A stretch of DNA of 64,000 nucleotides from Nageia nagi (GCA_050084985.1 JBITNC010000001.1:2232001-2296000), one strand, 5' to 3'. Positions 36,328-49,920 are shown, counted from the stretch's first letter. Translations and numbers: made by a program. The notes: a model not told the origin generated them from the letters alone.

Positions 36328-39300
36328 TGATCCGTAAACTGAAGGATTAAATAACTAATTTAACCCTACTTGGATCATTCACACTTAAAACTTATTAAGT
36401 GCTTGCAAATATGTGAGAGAGATTGAGTGTTATTAATTATTTCAAAAAAAATGCTGTGAGTAATGTAGGAATCCACAAATCACAAAATTTGCGATAATCA
36501 AAAGAATGCAAACCACAAGGAGAAGAACACCAAAAGTTACCCTGGTTCACACCAACTTGGGCTACTCCAGCATGTCTGCGCTCTCTCAATTATGGAATGG
36601 AATCAGGCATGCAATATTGCCTTTACAATATTTCCTCCTGTCTTGACACCTTTTGATCAATATCCCTTCATACCCATCAACATACTCTCCTGGAACAATT
36701 ATCAAGCATTACAATGATAAAAACACACTGTCTACTTGCACCCAATTCACAGACTTACAAAGTGTCTACTCTCAACTCTCTCCCAACATTCCCCCCACAT
36801 AGCCTCCTTTAAATAATATTTTGAAGGAGCTACGTAGCAATATTTTGGTCATAGCACACCTGTAGGAAATCTCCAAAGAAGGCAAAGATTGATTTGGCCA
36901 GAATGCAATCTCCTTTCTCCTTATCCTCTCCCCTAAAAATGCACTATACGCCATATTTTGCTCTCTGGAAAATATATGACAGTCTAAAATAACACCTACA
37001 GGATTTAAACAATAATTATAGTCTCAAAAATAACATCAAAACTCCAAATTACATTAAAATCCATGCAATAGGTTAAAATTGGGCGGATGGCACAGAATTG
37101 CGCCACTTGGCACTTGCAAAAGGCTTGGTCAACTCCCCTTTGACCGGCGGCTGGCGGTTTCCGACGACTGGCGGCTTCCGGCGGTTGGCGGCTATGTCGG
37201 CTGTCTCCACTCCACGCGGGCTCTAACACCTCACACTCGCCTCACCTTGCCACCTCACTCCAACGTGGCCTCCACATGGGCCCCCTTTCACCTCCACGCA
37301 GCCACAACAGGCGGGTCCCGCTCCTAATGGCCGCCCAACATTTAATTTAATTTTTTGAATATATTTTTTTATATATATATATTTTTTTTTTTGCCTTTTC
37401 ATATTTTCCACACAAACTGGATTTAATTGCATAACTTCCTCATACGGAGTCGGATTTACGATCCGAAAGAAGCGTCGGAAAGCTGACGATGAGACGATTC
37501 CAATGAACTCATAGAAACCTCTTGACATTGATCATTAAAGTGATCCAAATTCGGATCATTCCTCCACACTGAGAGAGTGCTTTCGTCCTCGAAAGCTCAA
37601 GGATGACAAAGATGAGGAACCCAGTTCCCCAACATAGGTCCATGCCAATAATGCCTCCATGTATTCTCAACTGCGAAAACCACTGGATATCCTGGCACAC
37701 AACTTGCAACACTGCATCCCATAGAATTTTGTGTCACCATATTGCCAATCTGTATGGCTTGCCTTTGCTCCTCCTGCGATACTGAAACCTGTGCTTCTTC
37801 TTTCACACTCAACAATGTTAAGTTTCTTGAAGCATTAAACAACTGTCTAACATGCCCAGATAGGATTTTAGGATTTTTACTTTTATGAGACTGAAGAATG
37901 TAGGTTTTACCATCCTTCCTTAGTTGATACTCATTCCGCTTGCGCATGAAAATTGCATCCCTATCATACAAATATGGGCTGCCTAATACAATGCCACAAA
38001 CATCGAGAGGTACCACATCTAATAACACTTCATCATAAAACTTTGTATTAACCCCAAACTTCAACTTACACTGTCGTGTGACTTGCAATCTAGCATTTCG
38101 ATGCATCCATCTGAGTGGATATGGGCGTGGGTGAGGTTGAGTTTGCAACTCCAAATCTTTCACCAAGTCCTCAGCAATCAGATTAACCTGTGATCCTGGG
38201 TCAAACAACACATCAATCTTGGTTCTTTTTGCTTGAACTTTAATATGGAATAATTGAAGTCTTTTATCCTCCTCACTTAATTCATATGAATTCTTAACTC
38301 CCATGCAGTTCATTTGCTCATCAATCTCAGATGTATCATCTATATCACAAATTTCTTTACCCTTAGAAGCTACAACATTTTTCTTTTCTTGATTCTTTGC
38401 AAACCATTTCGGTGCTTTATCAGGATGGAGTTTCCAACACTTAGCATCAGTATGACCATCTAAATTGCAATGTGAACAATGCCCTTTATCTTTCTTATCC
38501 TCTTTCTTATCATCTTTCTTAATTGATGCATTCGTTTGCTTTTTACCTTTAGGATCTTGATCTCTTGATTTATCACGTGCCTCAAGGTGTGTAGCTTGAA
38601 CACAAACTTTGTCTAAATCATTCACATCAAAAAGAAGAAGTGTATGCCTAAATATGAATGTAAACCACCAATATACTTGAATAATGTTTCTTCACTATTT
38701 AGTGCAATACCCAACATATTAGCCTTTTTACGAAATTCAGTAGTGTAGTCTTGTACACTTTGGCCCTTACCTTGACGTAGATTTTGCCACTCCATGATTA
38801 CCTTTGGCAAATACCCAAGTGGATAGAAATGATCTCTGATATGTTTCGTAAAGTCTCCCCATGTAGTGATCTCCACATCCAAGTTAGATCGACTTTCCCA
38901 CCATATAAGAGCTGAACCTCCCAACTTGAGAGTAGCTAATTGAATCTTGGTCCTGTCATCAATAATCTCATGCACTCTACAATAGACCTCAATTTGCTTA
39001 ATCCAAAAATCTAATTTCTCGGCATTAACCTCTCCATCATACGTAGGCAAATCAAATTTCACTTCTAATTTAAGAGGCGATTTCTTAGAATTAAAGAAAG
39101 AAATATGTTCATCATCACCTTCATGTGTGTTGTTTCTCCCTGAATTCTCTCCTAGAGATTCTTTAATCCTTGCTTCATTCCGCAATTCATCAATAGCCAT
39201 GGTCATTTTCGTTATCAGGGATTTAAGAACATCAAGCTCAACATAGACATTCCTCTCTGATTCTGTTCTCTCAGCCATTTGCCTTGTCCAAATTCTGGAA

Positions 39301-40686
39301 CCAATCTCTGGATCTTCTTCAGCAAGAACTCCTTCACCTTTTTTGCTCTTTGATCTGGTAAGCATCAAAAATACACACTATCCAATCCAACAAGACTTGC
39401 AGTAATTGGATTTAAAGAATACCCATTATTCTTATAGGTTATCCCATTATAATCATCAGCTCTGATACCAAACTTGATCCGTAAACTGAAGGATTAAATA
39501 ACTAATTTAACCCTACTTGGATCATTCACACTTAAAACTTATTAAGTGCTTGCAAATATGTGAGAGAGATTGAGTGTTATTAATTATTTCAAAAAAAATG
39601 CTGTGAGTAATGTAGGAATCCACAAATCACAAAATTTGCGATAATCAAAAGAATGCAAACCACAAGGAGAAGAACACCAAAAGTTACCCTGGTTCACCCA
39701 ACTTGGGCTACTCCAGCATGTCTGCGCTCTCTCAATTATGGAATGGAATCAGGCATGCAATATTGCCTTTACAATATTTCCTCCTGTCTTGACACCTTTT
39801 GATCAATATCCCTTCATACCCATCAACATACTCTCCTGGAACAATTATCAAGCATTACAATGATAAAACACACTGTCTACTTGCACCCAATTCACAGACT
39901 TACAAAGTGTCTACTCTCAACTCTCTCCCAACATTCCCCCCACATAGCCTCCTTTAAATAATATTTTGAAGGAGCTACGTAGCAATATTTTGGTCATAGC
40001 ACACCTGTAGGAAATCTCCAAAGAAGGCAAAGATTGATTTGGCCAGAATGCAATCTCCTTTCTCCTTATCCTCTCTCCTAAAAATGCACTATACGCCATA
40101 TTTTGCTCTCTGGAAAATATATGACAGTCTAAAATAACACCTACAGGATTTAAACAATAATTATAGTCTCAAAAATAACATCAAAACTCCAAATTACATT
40201 AAAATCCATGCAATAGGTTAAAATTGGGCGGATGGCACAGAATTGCGCCACTTGGCACTTGCAAAAGGCTTGGTCAACTCCCCTTTGACCGGCGGCTGGC
40301 GGTTTCCGACGACTGGCGGCTATGTCGGCTGTCTCCACTCCACGCGGGCTCTAACACCTCACACTCGCCTCACCTTGCCACCTCACTCCAACGTGGCCTC
40401 CACATGGGCCCCCTTTCACCTCCACGCAGCCACAATAGGCGGGTCCCGCTCCTAATGGCCGCCCAACATTTAATTTAATTTTTTGAATATATTTTTATAT
40501 ATATATATATTTTTTTTTTTGCCTTTTCATATTTTCCACACAAACTAGATTTAATTGCATAACTTCCTCATACGGAGTCGGATTTACGATCCGAAAGAAG
40601 CGTCGGAAAGCTGACGATGAGACGATTCCAATGAACTCATAGAAACCTCTTGACATTGATCATTAAAGTGATCCAAATTCGGATCA
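36328..40686 (-). mobile_element. Young non-autonomous Ty3/gypsy-type LTR retrotransposon, gag-protease only (TR-GAG-like)
   Basis: Near-identical LTRs 36328-37558 and 39475-40686 (TGATCCG...CGGATCA), TSD AGTGG, tRNA-iMet PBS TGGTATCAGAGC at 39459-39470, PPT at ~37559-37568, 1.9-kb internal region. Confidence 0.97.
37597..39368 (-). pseudogene. gag: Gag (Retrotrans_gag, CCHC knuckle) plus aspartic protease, with one frameshift at ~38650
   Basis: LRQGKGQSVQDYTTEF, CSHCNLDGHTDAKC and VLFDPGSQVNLI. Reading GLHSYL-RHTLLLFDVNDLD needs one extra base. Confidence 0.92.
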
Positions 40687-43600
40687 AGTGGTGGCAAAAT
40701 TGATCACCTTGTTATCAAAAGTAACCGATCAAGAGAACGATGCCATGTACTGAAGGGGGTTCACACGATTTATGGTTGCAATTAGTTCAGGGATGTCCAT
40801 TAGGTGGGCAGTGGTTATCAGTGATGCCCTACGCTACCAGTTGTCTTTGTTTGGGTCCTCAAAGAGATTCTACATGAACTCTTACTTGGTATACCTGTTA
40901 CTGCACGACAAGGTCATATCTAAGGAGTTGGCTGATGAGAGGTACTTGGGAGAGAAGAACACTCCCATGTAAAGCGCATACCAGAAATGGTGGTGCCAAA
41001 ATAAATTTGAGTATTTTTATGAAAAGACTGACGCCTGGGAATATGATATCTACAAGGATATCAAGGGAGAGTCCATGATGAAGAGGATCTTTGATGCTGT
41101 CATCTAGGAAATTCGCGTGCATGCAGACTTTTTTCTGCAAGACGCTAACTTCACCTACATCAGAGTTTATGGCTCCATGCTCCTGCCCAGGTATGTTAGC
41201 AATAGGTTGGTCCTCATCGAGTTTGCCAGGCAGCTTTTGTTTCTAAAAGAGAAGGTTTGGAAGAAGAAAAATGCCACCATCAACTTGCCTATTTCTATAT
41301 CTGGATATGTGTGCCAGACTTGGGTGGAGGTAAGACACATGCGGGAGGAGTTACAGTAGTATAACTTCTTCAGGGAAGCTGCTGCAAGGAACTATGATCC
41401 TAAGGGGACAATTGCCCCTTTCTATGACACTGCTTTTCATCGGCCCATAGATTTGTGAGGTGAAGAAAGGTATAGGAATGTGCAGGACGAAGGGGAAATT
41501 GCACATATCACAACTTATTTGAAAAAGAAGGTGGTTCCCCTTCGAACAGAAAAGCCCCCTCAGAAACCTCGAACTATCAAACCCCAACCTAAGGAGGCTA
41601 TTTTGAAGGTCAAATCTCCTACCCACACAACGTCCTCACCCAAGAAGGAGAAGACCTTGCTTTCTATAGGAAAAAGGCAAGAGGCCCCGAGAGAGCCTCT
41701 TCCAGGGCCCAGCAAGCGTAGTGTGTTGGAAGCTGACCTTAGAGATGTTGGCTATTGTGCTCTCCCTTCAGATGTGCTGGAGGATGTGATAAACATAGCC
41801 TATGGGAGTGACTCCCCCACGGAAGTGATTCCTTCCAGATCAACCCATTCTCTTGGGCAAAGAGGGAGAGTTCCCTCATTACAACAAAGTCCTAGCAGCT
41901 CCAAGCCCTCTTCCTCTTCTTTTGATGAAAAAACTGATGGAAACTCTGACCGTACAGTTGAAGACTCTGCAGAAGAGTTAAAGAGCCAGAGAGGAGGAAG
42001 AGGGAGGTGATGCCAACGTTGACCACTCACATCAGCCAGAAGACATAGCCAATGGTGCTTCAGCGCCTGACGAGACGGAAGTAGAAACCATTCCGGAAGA
42101 TGAAATAGTGGACGTAGGCACTTATGATGATGACATCCAGATACTTGGCCAAAAAGGCGCTAGAGAGGTGGTTGCCTGCAAATCCTCTCTTGCCGTGCTC
42201 AGGAAAAGGTCTCCTTTGCGTAAAACCTCTACTAAGAGGAGTCATGATAAATCTCCCTAGCTCCGAAATATAGGCATATCTCTAGGCGGTAGTGGAGGAG
42301 ATGAAGAGGATGAGGGAGAGAGAGAAGAATAGAAGAAGAAGAGAACGTAGGAAGAGCATGAGGGCAAGGAGATAGCGGTAGTTCCAACTACTCTAGTAAA
42401 GGTGGCCAAGAAAGTTGATAAAGGAAGGTTGTTGGTTCAGAGATTTCCCCCTCAACTAGTGATCGAACATCCAGACCTTGATCTAGATGCATGCCTTAGA
42501 GCCCTCAACATGAGTGCAGCTCGTGATGAAGATATAGACCAGGACTTGCGGTCTTGAGGATGAGGAAGAACTGTCGGATGTGGAGAAAATTCGAAGGGTG
42601 GACACCTTTGTCTCCACCTCTCAAAAGGAGATCTCTATTCATCATTGCTACTCCAAGGAGAAGCATCCTTAGAGGGCCAAGGATTGTCTTATCGAAACAT
42701 TTAAGATGCCAATCAAATTGGGGTTAACCGCCAGGAAACGCATTGTTACCCAAAATGCTGCAATCATGGAACAAGAAGGCTATGAAGCCAAAAGGGAAGT
42801 AAAGAGATTAAAGAAGGAGCTCACAGCCAGTAGAAAAATTATAAAGGAGTTCCAGAAAATCAACACAACTCCCTTACATTTGCAAAAACAAACTTCCTTC
42901 CATGAGGGGTGGGAACTCATGAAGGACCAACTCAAGAATGAGATGGTAGAGATTGTCGAGAGATTGTCTTCACGCATTTACAAGCTCCTAGCCGAGGGCG
43001 TTGAGATCAGGGATCTCAAAGCTCAGATTACTACTCGCCTCGGCCAGTTGGACAATTACCTACCCAATGTTTCCCACCTGCAGCATACTTTTGCCGATAA
43101 CCCCGAAAAATTGATCTACTGCCATGAGTTAACCTATCACCACGATTGGTTGAACCACGCACTCGAGAAGTGCAATGCTGTCCTCAAAGTAAGGATCCCC
43201 TTGCGAAAGGAGGTAGATGAGCAAATGAGCGAATATCTTTATCATCTCAAATTCTAAGTGGAGGATAATAATTTTCGAAAGAAGGAAGTAGTGTTGGCAG
43301 AGGCCTAGAATCTAATCGAGGAACATCTTGAGATCGAGAATCTAAACTTGTTGAAGGCAGGGCTTCCTATTGAGCACGAGAGGCGGATGGTCGTCTGGAG
43401 GTACCAGATGTAGGCCACTATCAAAAAGATTGAGGATTACTTCCGGTAGAATGGTAGTACCATTGGTATGATCTCTAAGGGCATGCAGAAGACTGTGGCA
43501 TTCTTGGAGGAGACAATTGAGTCCTATGGTCTCACCAGCGAGGAGTGGAACTTCGCCCGTACCAAATCAGATCTGGACTAGATTTGATTCACCGCAGGCT

Positions 43601-44947
43601 TCCCCTGCGGTACTTTTTTATGTTAATGCATACAGGTGCTTGTCAGACTTTACCTTGATTTGATTGGCGTAGGGATGAGGTTTTGGTCTTGCTAATCAGA
43701 TTTGTCAGATTCATTCATGACTCGGATCAGTGTAGGGATGAGGTTTTGCTCCTGCCGGTTTTGATGTCAGACCTTTTCACTCTATTTATTGCATATCTGA
43801 TTTTTTGTTGGATAGAATAGAGGTAGAGTAGATGCATTGCGGCTATGGCATCTATATTTGTCAGCTGTAGATGCCACTTACATAGTTTTGCATGATGATA
43901 TATGATTTTCTATCGGTATGCGTGTTGCGTGTGTGCACGCCGTATCATATTTGATGTCTTTAGGGCATCACTTCTAATGGCCTATTTATACCCCACTTAG
44001 ACCATTTAGAAGAGGATTTTTACATATGGGATTTTGCATGAGGAATTTTTTGATATGATCTTGTACTATTTCTGCATGGGACTTTGCACATAATGAAAGC
44101 ATCATATACTGGAGTTCTTGCATCTTGAGATTGTGGCTATTGAGTTCATTCTTATAATAATTTTGAGCTTTTGCATATCATAAGATTCACATTCCATTGC
44201 ATAGAAGATTGCTGCATAAGGGGTTCTATGCATGTTCTGTTATTGGAAATCAATATGAATGTGTTTTGTTTAGAGGAATAAAATCATAAACTCATACTAT
44301 GAGGAACATCATTTGTGGGATTATGCATATCTGAATGGGTCTCTCTATGAACTGCATATTGTTTATTTTGTGAAAGTCTTATCCTTTTTTTTGCATAGTT
44401 TGCATGCAAGTGGATATATTCTGAGGCTTACAGCTTGTCTTTATATCATTCGGTTAGGTTACTGCACTTATGCCCTCATTCCATCTTTACCCTTTCCATT
44501 GAGTCTTCCATAAAGACCCTACAACTTCCTGCTCTTGTCTGGTAGTGATTTGAGCATATTTGCTATTTGCTCCCCGGCTTGATAGTTAGTGTATCGACTT
44601 TAATGAATTTGAAGACGGCCTATCGAGACACTGTATTCCTGGTGACGCCCTCATAGATCCTTTCCTTCCCTTGCATTCGCTTGCATTTATCCCCATGTTC
44701 TTTCCCTGCAATTGTGATCATTCTTCGCTTTCGTTCACATTTGTAGTCTTTCCTCATTAAGGAAAGGAATCCTGATGCGAGTTTCCCTTGTATACGGTTA
44801 ACAACATGCATCTCTGACTTCTGAGCCATCAAAACCATATTCCATGTGAGTGCTTGGGGTAACCAGTCCTTTCAGGCGGGAACAAGTAACGCCATTTCCT
44901 CCAAGTCTTGTGCATGTTTTGAGCGAGGAAAGAAAAACATACCAACA

Positions 44948-45960
44948 TTTCTTAAATTCCATAGTGTATTCTTGAACATTTTTCCCTCTTTGTTGTCTAA
45001 AGAATTGTCATTTCATCAATTGTTTATTATGATGTCCTAATGGATAGAATTGATCTCTTAACAACTCCTTATATTTATATCCAAGAAGTTATTTCCGATA
45101 AATTTTTATGAGTAAGAGTTTCTACATGGCTTTCCATCCAAACTAAAGCATGTCCACTTATCTTTAATCTAGCAAAAGAGATTTTATCAACATCATTTAC
45201 AACACCATGAATCTAAAAATAACCTCCAATTGTTTCAACCAATTGTTCACCTTTTCCGCATCAACCTCTCCTCCAAAAGTAGGAATGTCAACTTTGGCCT
45301 CCACCTTGAATGGAACTCTATTTGATGAAGATGATGAATCAAGTCTCCCAACTACATCATGATATCTCTGATTGACATTTGCATTTGCTCCAACAGCTAA
45401 CAACTCAGCCAAACGAGCCAAATGATTCTCCATTGCCGAAAACCTCCTTTAAAAATCGACATTTGTCAGGGTACGAATAATAGATTGTTGCTCCTCCGCA
45501 TTATCCATTTCAGTCACTTTGCCCTTTTGACCAATCTCAGGATCCTCTGGAATCAACTCTAGTTTTTGAGATCTCCTCCCAAACATCAAAAACACGCCGC
45601 TGGTGGCCTGAAATACCTAAAATTCCAGCCCCAAATTTGACGTATACAAGCTCTGATACCATGTGATCTGTAATCACCGAATGCTTATAGCATACTCGGA
45701 TCCTCACAGATTCGAACAAAAATACATTCACCATTATGAGATCATACAAATTGCATATAAATTTGAAAATTGCACGGTGTAAATCACAAACTAGCAATCT
45801 CAAAACACATAACAAGATCAACACATTGATTTACCTTGGTTCACCCAATGTGGGCTAATCCAGCATAGAATTGAAGCCTTCTCTTCTCATTGTCTATGGA
45901 CATTACAATATTACATGGGGTAAAGTCCTCTCAAGTGGGAATAGGTAACGCTACTTCACC
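44948..45960 (-). mobile_element. Decayed relative of the TR-GAG-like element (partial 5' LTR, PBS, gag fragment)
   Basis: PBS gctctgatacca at 45650-45661. LTR from ~45664 shares ggttcacccaa...gggcta. Gag PFKVEAKVDIPTFGGEVDAEKVNNWLKQLE and NVQEYTMEFKK, cut by the unit C terminus. Confidence 0.8.
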
Positions 45961-46909
45961 TAAGTTGTTGAGTCTATTTCTAGTGTTGCTTGCAACCTTG
46001 CTTAGGAGGAAAGTAAAACACACCAACATCTTCTAGAATCCTACTTACTCAACATCAACATTATACAACTTACAATATACACAATTACAAATAAGAAATA
46101 ACGTATAGAAAGGGACATATATTTGTATTGATCAAAATGTTAAAAATTCATAATACAAAATTTGCCTATGGTGGTTGGAAAATAGAAAATCACACAACGA
46201 CTAATGGCTGCAAACTTCTGTTTTTTGTTTTACTTTTACCCTGTGTTCTACTATAAGCTACAATCCCCCTTTGTGCTAGATCCAAGTGCGTCTTCTTATG
46301 CCTTTTGCTCTTCTTACCTTGTTGTCGTCAACTCCCCTATTAGATTTTCAAGATCGTCAAAAACAATGTTAGGAATATTAGGATCCTCTGAAGGGTTATC
46401 CTCATCCTCTAAAGGGTAATCCTTTGTAATACATTCATTGGATGTATCAATGGCTCTAAGTTCAATGGCTTCATAATATATAACTACAATGTTTGCATCA
46501 TGTTTTGCTTTATTAGTGTTCTAGGATTCTAGCACAAAGGTTTATCTACACTATGCGACATGTGTTGTATACTTTATGAAATTGTAGTTAATGGCCTCAT
46601 AGTCTAGAATCTAGATTTTCTTGTGCATACACAATACCAACCCAAAAATTTTAAATTTTCGAGGAACCACTTTTAAACTAGAAATCATTGCACAAATATT
46701 TCTTGTCAAATGCATGCATTTGAGCAAATTCGTGAGGATAACTAGCTAAATGATGCATATGCTGCGAAATCAAACATGAAAATCATTCCAAGTCATGAAG
46801 GCATGTTTTCTAGTGAGTGCAAAAGGACTCACTGAAAACGGTACGACTGGGCAAAATCTGCATTTTTCATAAGTCTAGTCTACATTGTCATGTGTAAAGT
46901 CGTGCATTT

Positions 46910-49900
46910 TGTAGAATCCCATATAATTTTGCATGCAATTAAGCAAATTCACTAAACAAGCACCCACGTCTGGCCTAGAAGGGCAGTAACAAGCATTCAA
47001 CACCTCAATATGCCAACATTAGGGTTAGGGCATCAAATACAAGTCTACACAAATCAATAATGCCAACATCTCGCTACAACATGCATGAATGATCAAACAC
47101 ACCACAACGTTGCAAATATAGATAAATGAATAATTGAATATGAGATCCAAAAGCCCACGACTTGTATTAAAGTGTATGATGAACAAAGATACAATATTAG
47201 GCCCATAGGGCTCAATGTTGGCCTCCAAGGAGCCAACTAGGGCACAATGAATATGATCAATGCTGGCTGGACAGAACACTGGATGGGATAGCCTCAGTCC
47301 CTCAAAATTTGAATCCTCTCCACCGAAGAATCTCTCTCCAAACCTTGGTGACCAATTGAATGGTAAAAGAATGACCTCGGAATGCGACCAGATGGACTAA
47401 GGTGCTACACCAAAGTCGTAGATCAACAGATCCCTTAGCCTGTTTACCCTCCTAGATGTTGCACCTAGGGATGTAATGCACCTACCCCTTGCCTTGGAAA
47501 CAATGTCGTGGCTCCCACATCTTCTTGCAATAGAAGCACTTGCCCTCTTCTCTCAACTTCCTTCGGATGGCTACGCCCAACTGGCTTGTTCAAGGCAAGG
47601 GAAAGGGTTTGGACTTGGTAGGCCCTTCTTTCTCTTCAAATGTATTCCAAGTGGCTTATCCCTTGTACATCTTCCCTCCTGAGCAATTTCATGGTAGGCT
47701 CCAAATCGTATGCATCCCTAATAGCGTCATCAAGGTTTCTTGGTGTAGATACCTTTACCATCCTTTGTAATGGCTCCATCAATCCTTCTATGAAAAGGAA
47801 TGTCAACTGCTCCTCAGAGATGTTGTGGATCATAACTGCAACCTTCTAAAATTCAGACACATACTCATCTATTGCACCTTGTTGTTTTAGAGATGTCAAT
47901 TCTCTGAAGTAGTCGTTCTCCCATTTCCGATAAAATCTCTTCACCAATCTCCTTTCAAACTCATTGAAAGAGGTGATGTGTGAGTAATCCTGGCTGATTA
48001 CTCCATGTTGCCACCATTCGAGGGCATCACCCTCAAATTGTAGTGATGCAAAATGAATTGCATCCTTTTCTACCATATTTGGACTCAAGGTGAAGTAGGT
48101 CTGTAGTTGATGTAGCTAGGCCCTAGCTGTCATCCATAGCGGCACTTGCATCTTGTTGATTTCTTTTTGTAGATCCCTCTTATCTCCCCATGAGTTGCTT
48201 TGAGAATGTGTGACGTGTGAGGTGCCTCCTTTCAGCCCCAAGATCTCTAGGTAGTCATTGAAGTTCATGTCTGTTCTCAACCCTGGATCCAACATGGAAT
48301 ACTCTTTGAAATTCTGGTTCAGCTCCAGAAAGTCGGGGATTCGATTCTTTGCTTCATTTGTGGACTTCTTGGCAAACATGGGCTTGGACGGTTTGGGGAT
48401 AATGGGTTGCTCCCCTATCTTACCAACTTCCTCATTTAGGAACCTCCTTAGGAGAGGGTTAGTTCCTTGTGGAGTTCTATGAGAATGAGATCTCAAAAAT
48501 GTGGGTTTTGGATGACCCATGGATCCGTGGTGAGTGAATCCTCTATCTCTCAAATTGCAAGATCTCCTTAGGCTCGGCTCTCTCTCTGCCCTATCCTCCT
48601 CCCATGGCTCTTCTTCTTCATTAGGGATAGGACATGGGGGCTCACATGTCTTTCTGGCATCTCTTGCCCTCCAATGTATTTGTTGACGACAGTCATTTAC
48701 TTTTGCATGGTAGCAATGGCACTCGTCATGTTGTGGATGGCTGAGATGAGCCCATTAAACCTCCTCTCAGGCATGGACTCTCTAGCCTGAGTAGGGTTCA
48801 TCCTCCTAGCCGATGTGGTTTTTCCTCTTGTTGCCTCATTCTCCTCTTCGAAATTGTCCTCATCAGGGACTTCTTTCATCCATGGTCGGCGATCCTCCTC
48901 TTTGGCAGCTCTAGAAGGGGTCTCTTTCATATTGTGTCTTTCCTCTCTTCTTTGCGAGGCCATCTCTGTTCTGCTGCTAGATCTGGTGTAGTAGTTGTGA
49001 ATGGCAAGTTTCATTCATAGGTTGGCCAAATCTAAGCTTTGATACCACTATAGAATCCCAAATATAATTTCACATGCAATTAAGCAAATTCACTTAAACA
49101 AGCACCCATGTTTGGCGTAGAAGGGCAATAACAAGCCTTCACCTCAATATGCAAACGTTAGGGTTAAGGCATCAAATACAAGTCTACACAACTCAATAAT
49201 GCCAACGTCTGGCTACAACATGCATGAATGATCAAACACACCACAACATTGCAAATATAGACAAATGAACAACAAAATATGACATCTAATAGCCCAAGAC
49301 TTGTATTAAAGATGTATGATGAACAAAGATACAATATCAGGCCCATAGGGCTCAATGTTGGCCTCCAAGGAGCCAACTAGGGCACAAAGAATATGATCAA
49401 TGCTGGCTGGACAGAACACTGGATGGGACAGCCTCAGTCCCTCAAAATTTGAATCCTCTCCACCGAAGGATCTCTCTCCAAACCTTGGCGACCAACTGAA
49501 TGGTATAAGTATGACCTCGGAATGCCACCAGATAGACTAAGGTGCTACACCAAAGTCGTAGATCAACAAGATCCCTCAGCCTGTTAACCCTCCTAGATGC
49601 TACACCTAGGGATGTTGCTTGACGTTGCACCAAGACTTACGTCCCCATGATGGTATGAGTAATATTAACAAATTTGTATATCTAGCAATGATGCTTCAAG
49701 GTCTCATATAGTAGACATTGGATCCGAATCTCACCTTAAAGTCATCACCCAACCCCTCAAACCCCAACAATGGCACCTAGGAGTCATTCTAGGCCCAAAA
49801 TGGGTATCTGGACCTGCCCTATGCTCCACGTGGGTCCTCAAGCTCAACGTGGGCCTAAGGATGCATGCGTGGGTCAAGGAGGCATGTGTGGGTGTCATTG

Positions 49901-49920
49901 GCCTTCTAAAGTTGCACTAA
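46910..49920 (-). mobile_element. Deleted Ty3/gypsy element: partial 3' LTR (46910-~47475), gag, PBS, 5' LTR (49049-~49920)
   Basis: Direct repeat of 46910-47470 at 49049-49613, PBS gctttgatacca at 49036-49047, gag ASLQFEGDALEWW...LKQQGAIDEYVSEF, knuckle-like CFYCKKMWEPRHC. No pol. Confidence 0.88.

Larger units (their letters stand above)
35727..43587 (+). pseudogene. Large ORF copy C, full length (~1,160 codons after removing 36328-40691), multiple stops and frameshifts
   Basis: MASSTKVPTLKARK...REEFLPVV|AKLITLLSKVT...KRFYMNSYLVYLLLHDK...coiled-coil-like C-terminus. Frame rejoins across the insertion. Confidence 0.9.
34651..44947 (+). mobile_element. LTR-like unit C, 5'-truncated
   Basis: GTCGCA...TGCGAC motif array ~34690-35580, TATA ~35242, large ORF, distal TATA 43982, terminus GAAAAACATACCAACA. 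Confidence 0.85.

Noticed and set aside
38640-38660. Programmed ribosomal frameshift (TTTAGGC resembles Ty1 CTTAGGC)
   Set aside because: The shift needed is -1 and lies in the middle of gag. A 1-bp deletion from TAT TTA AGG CAT explains it more simply.
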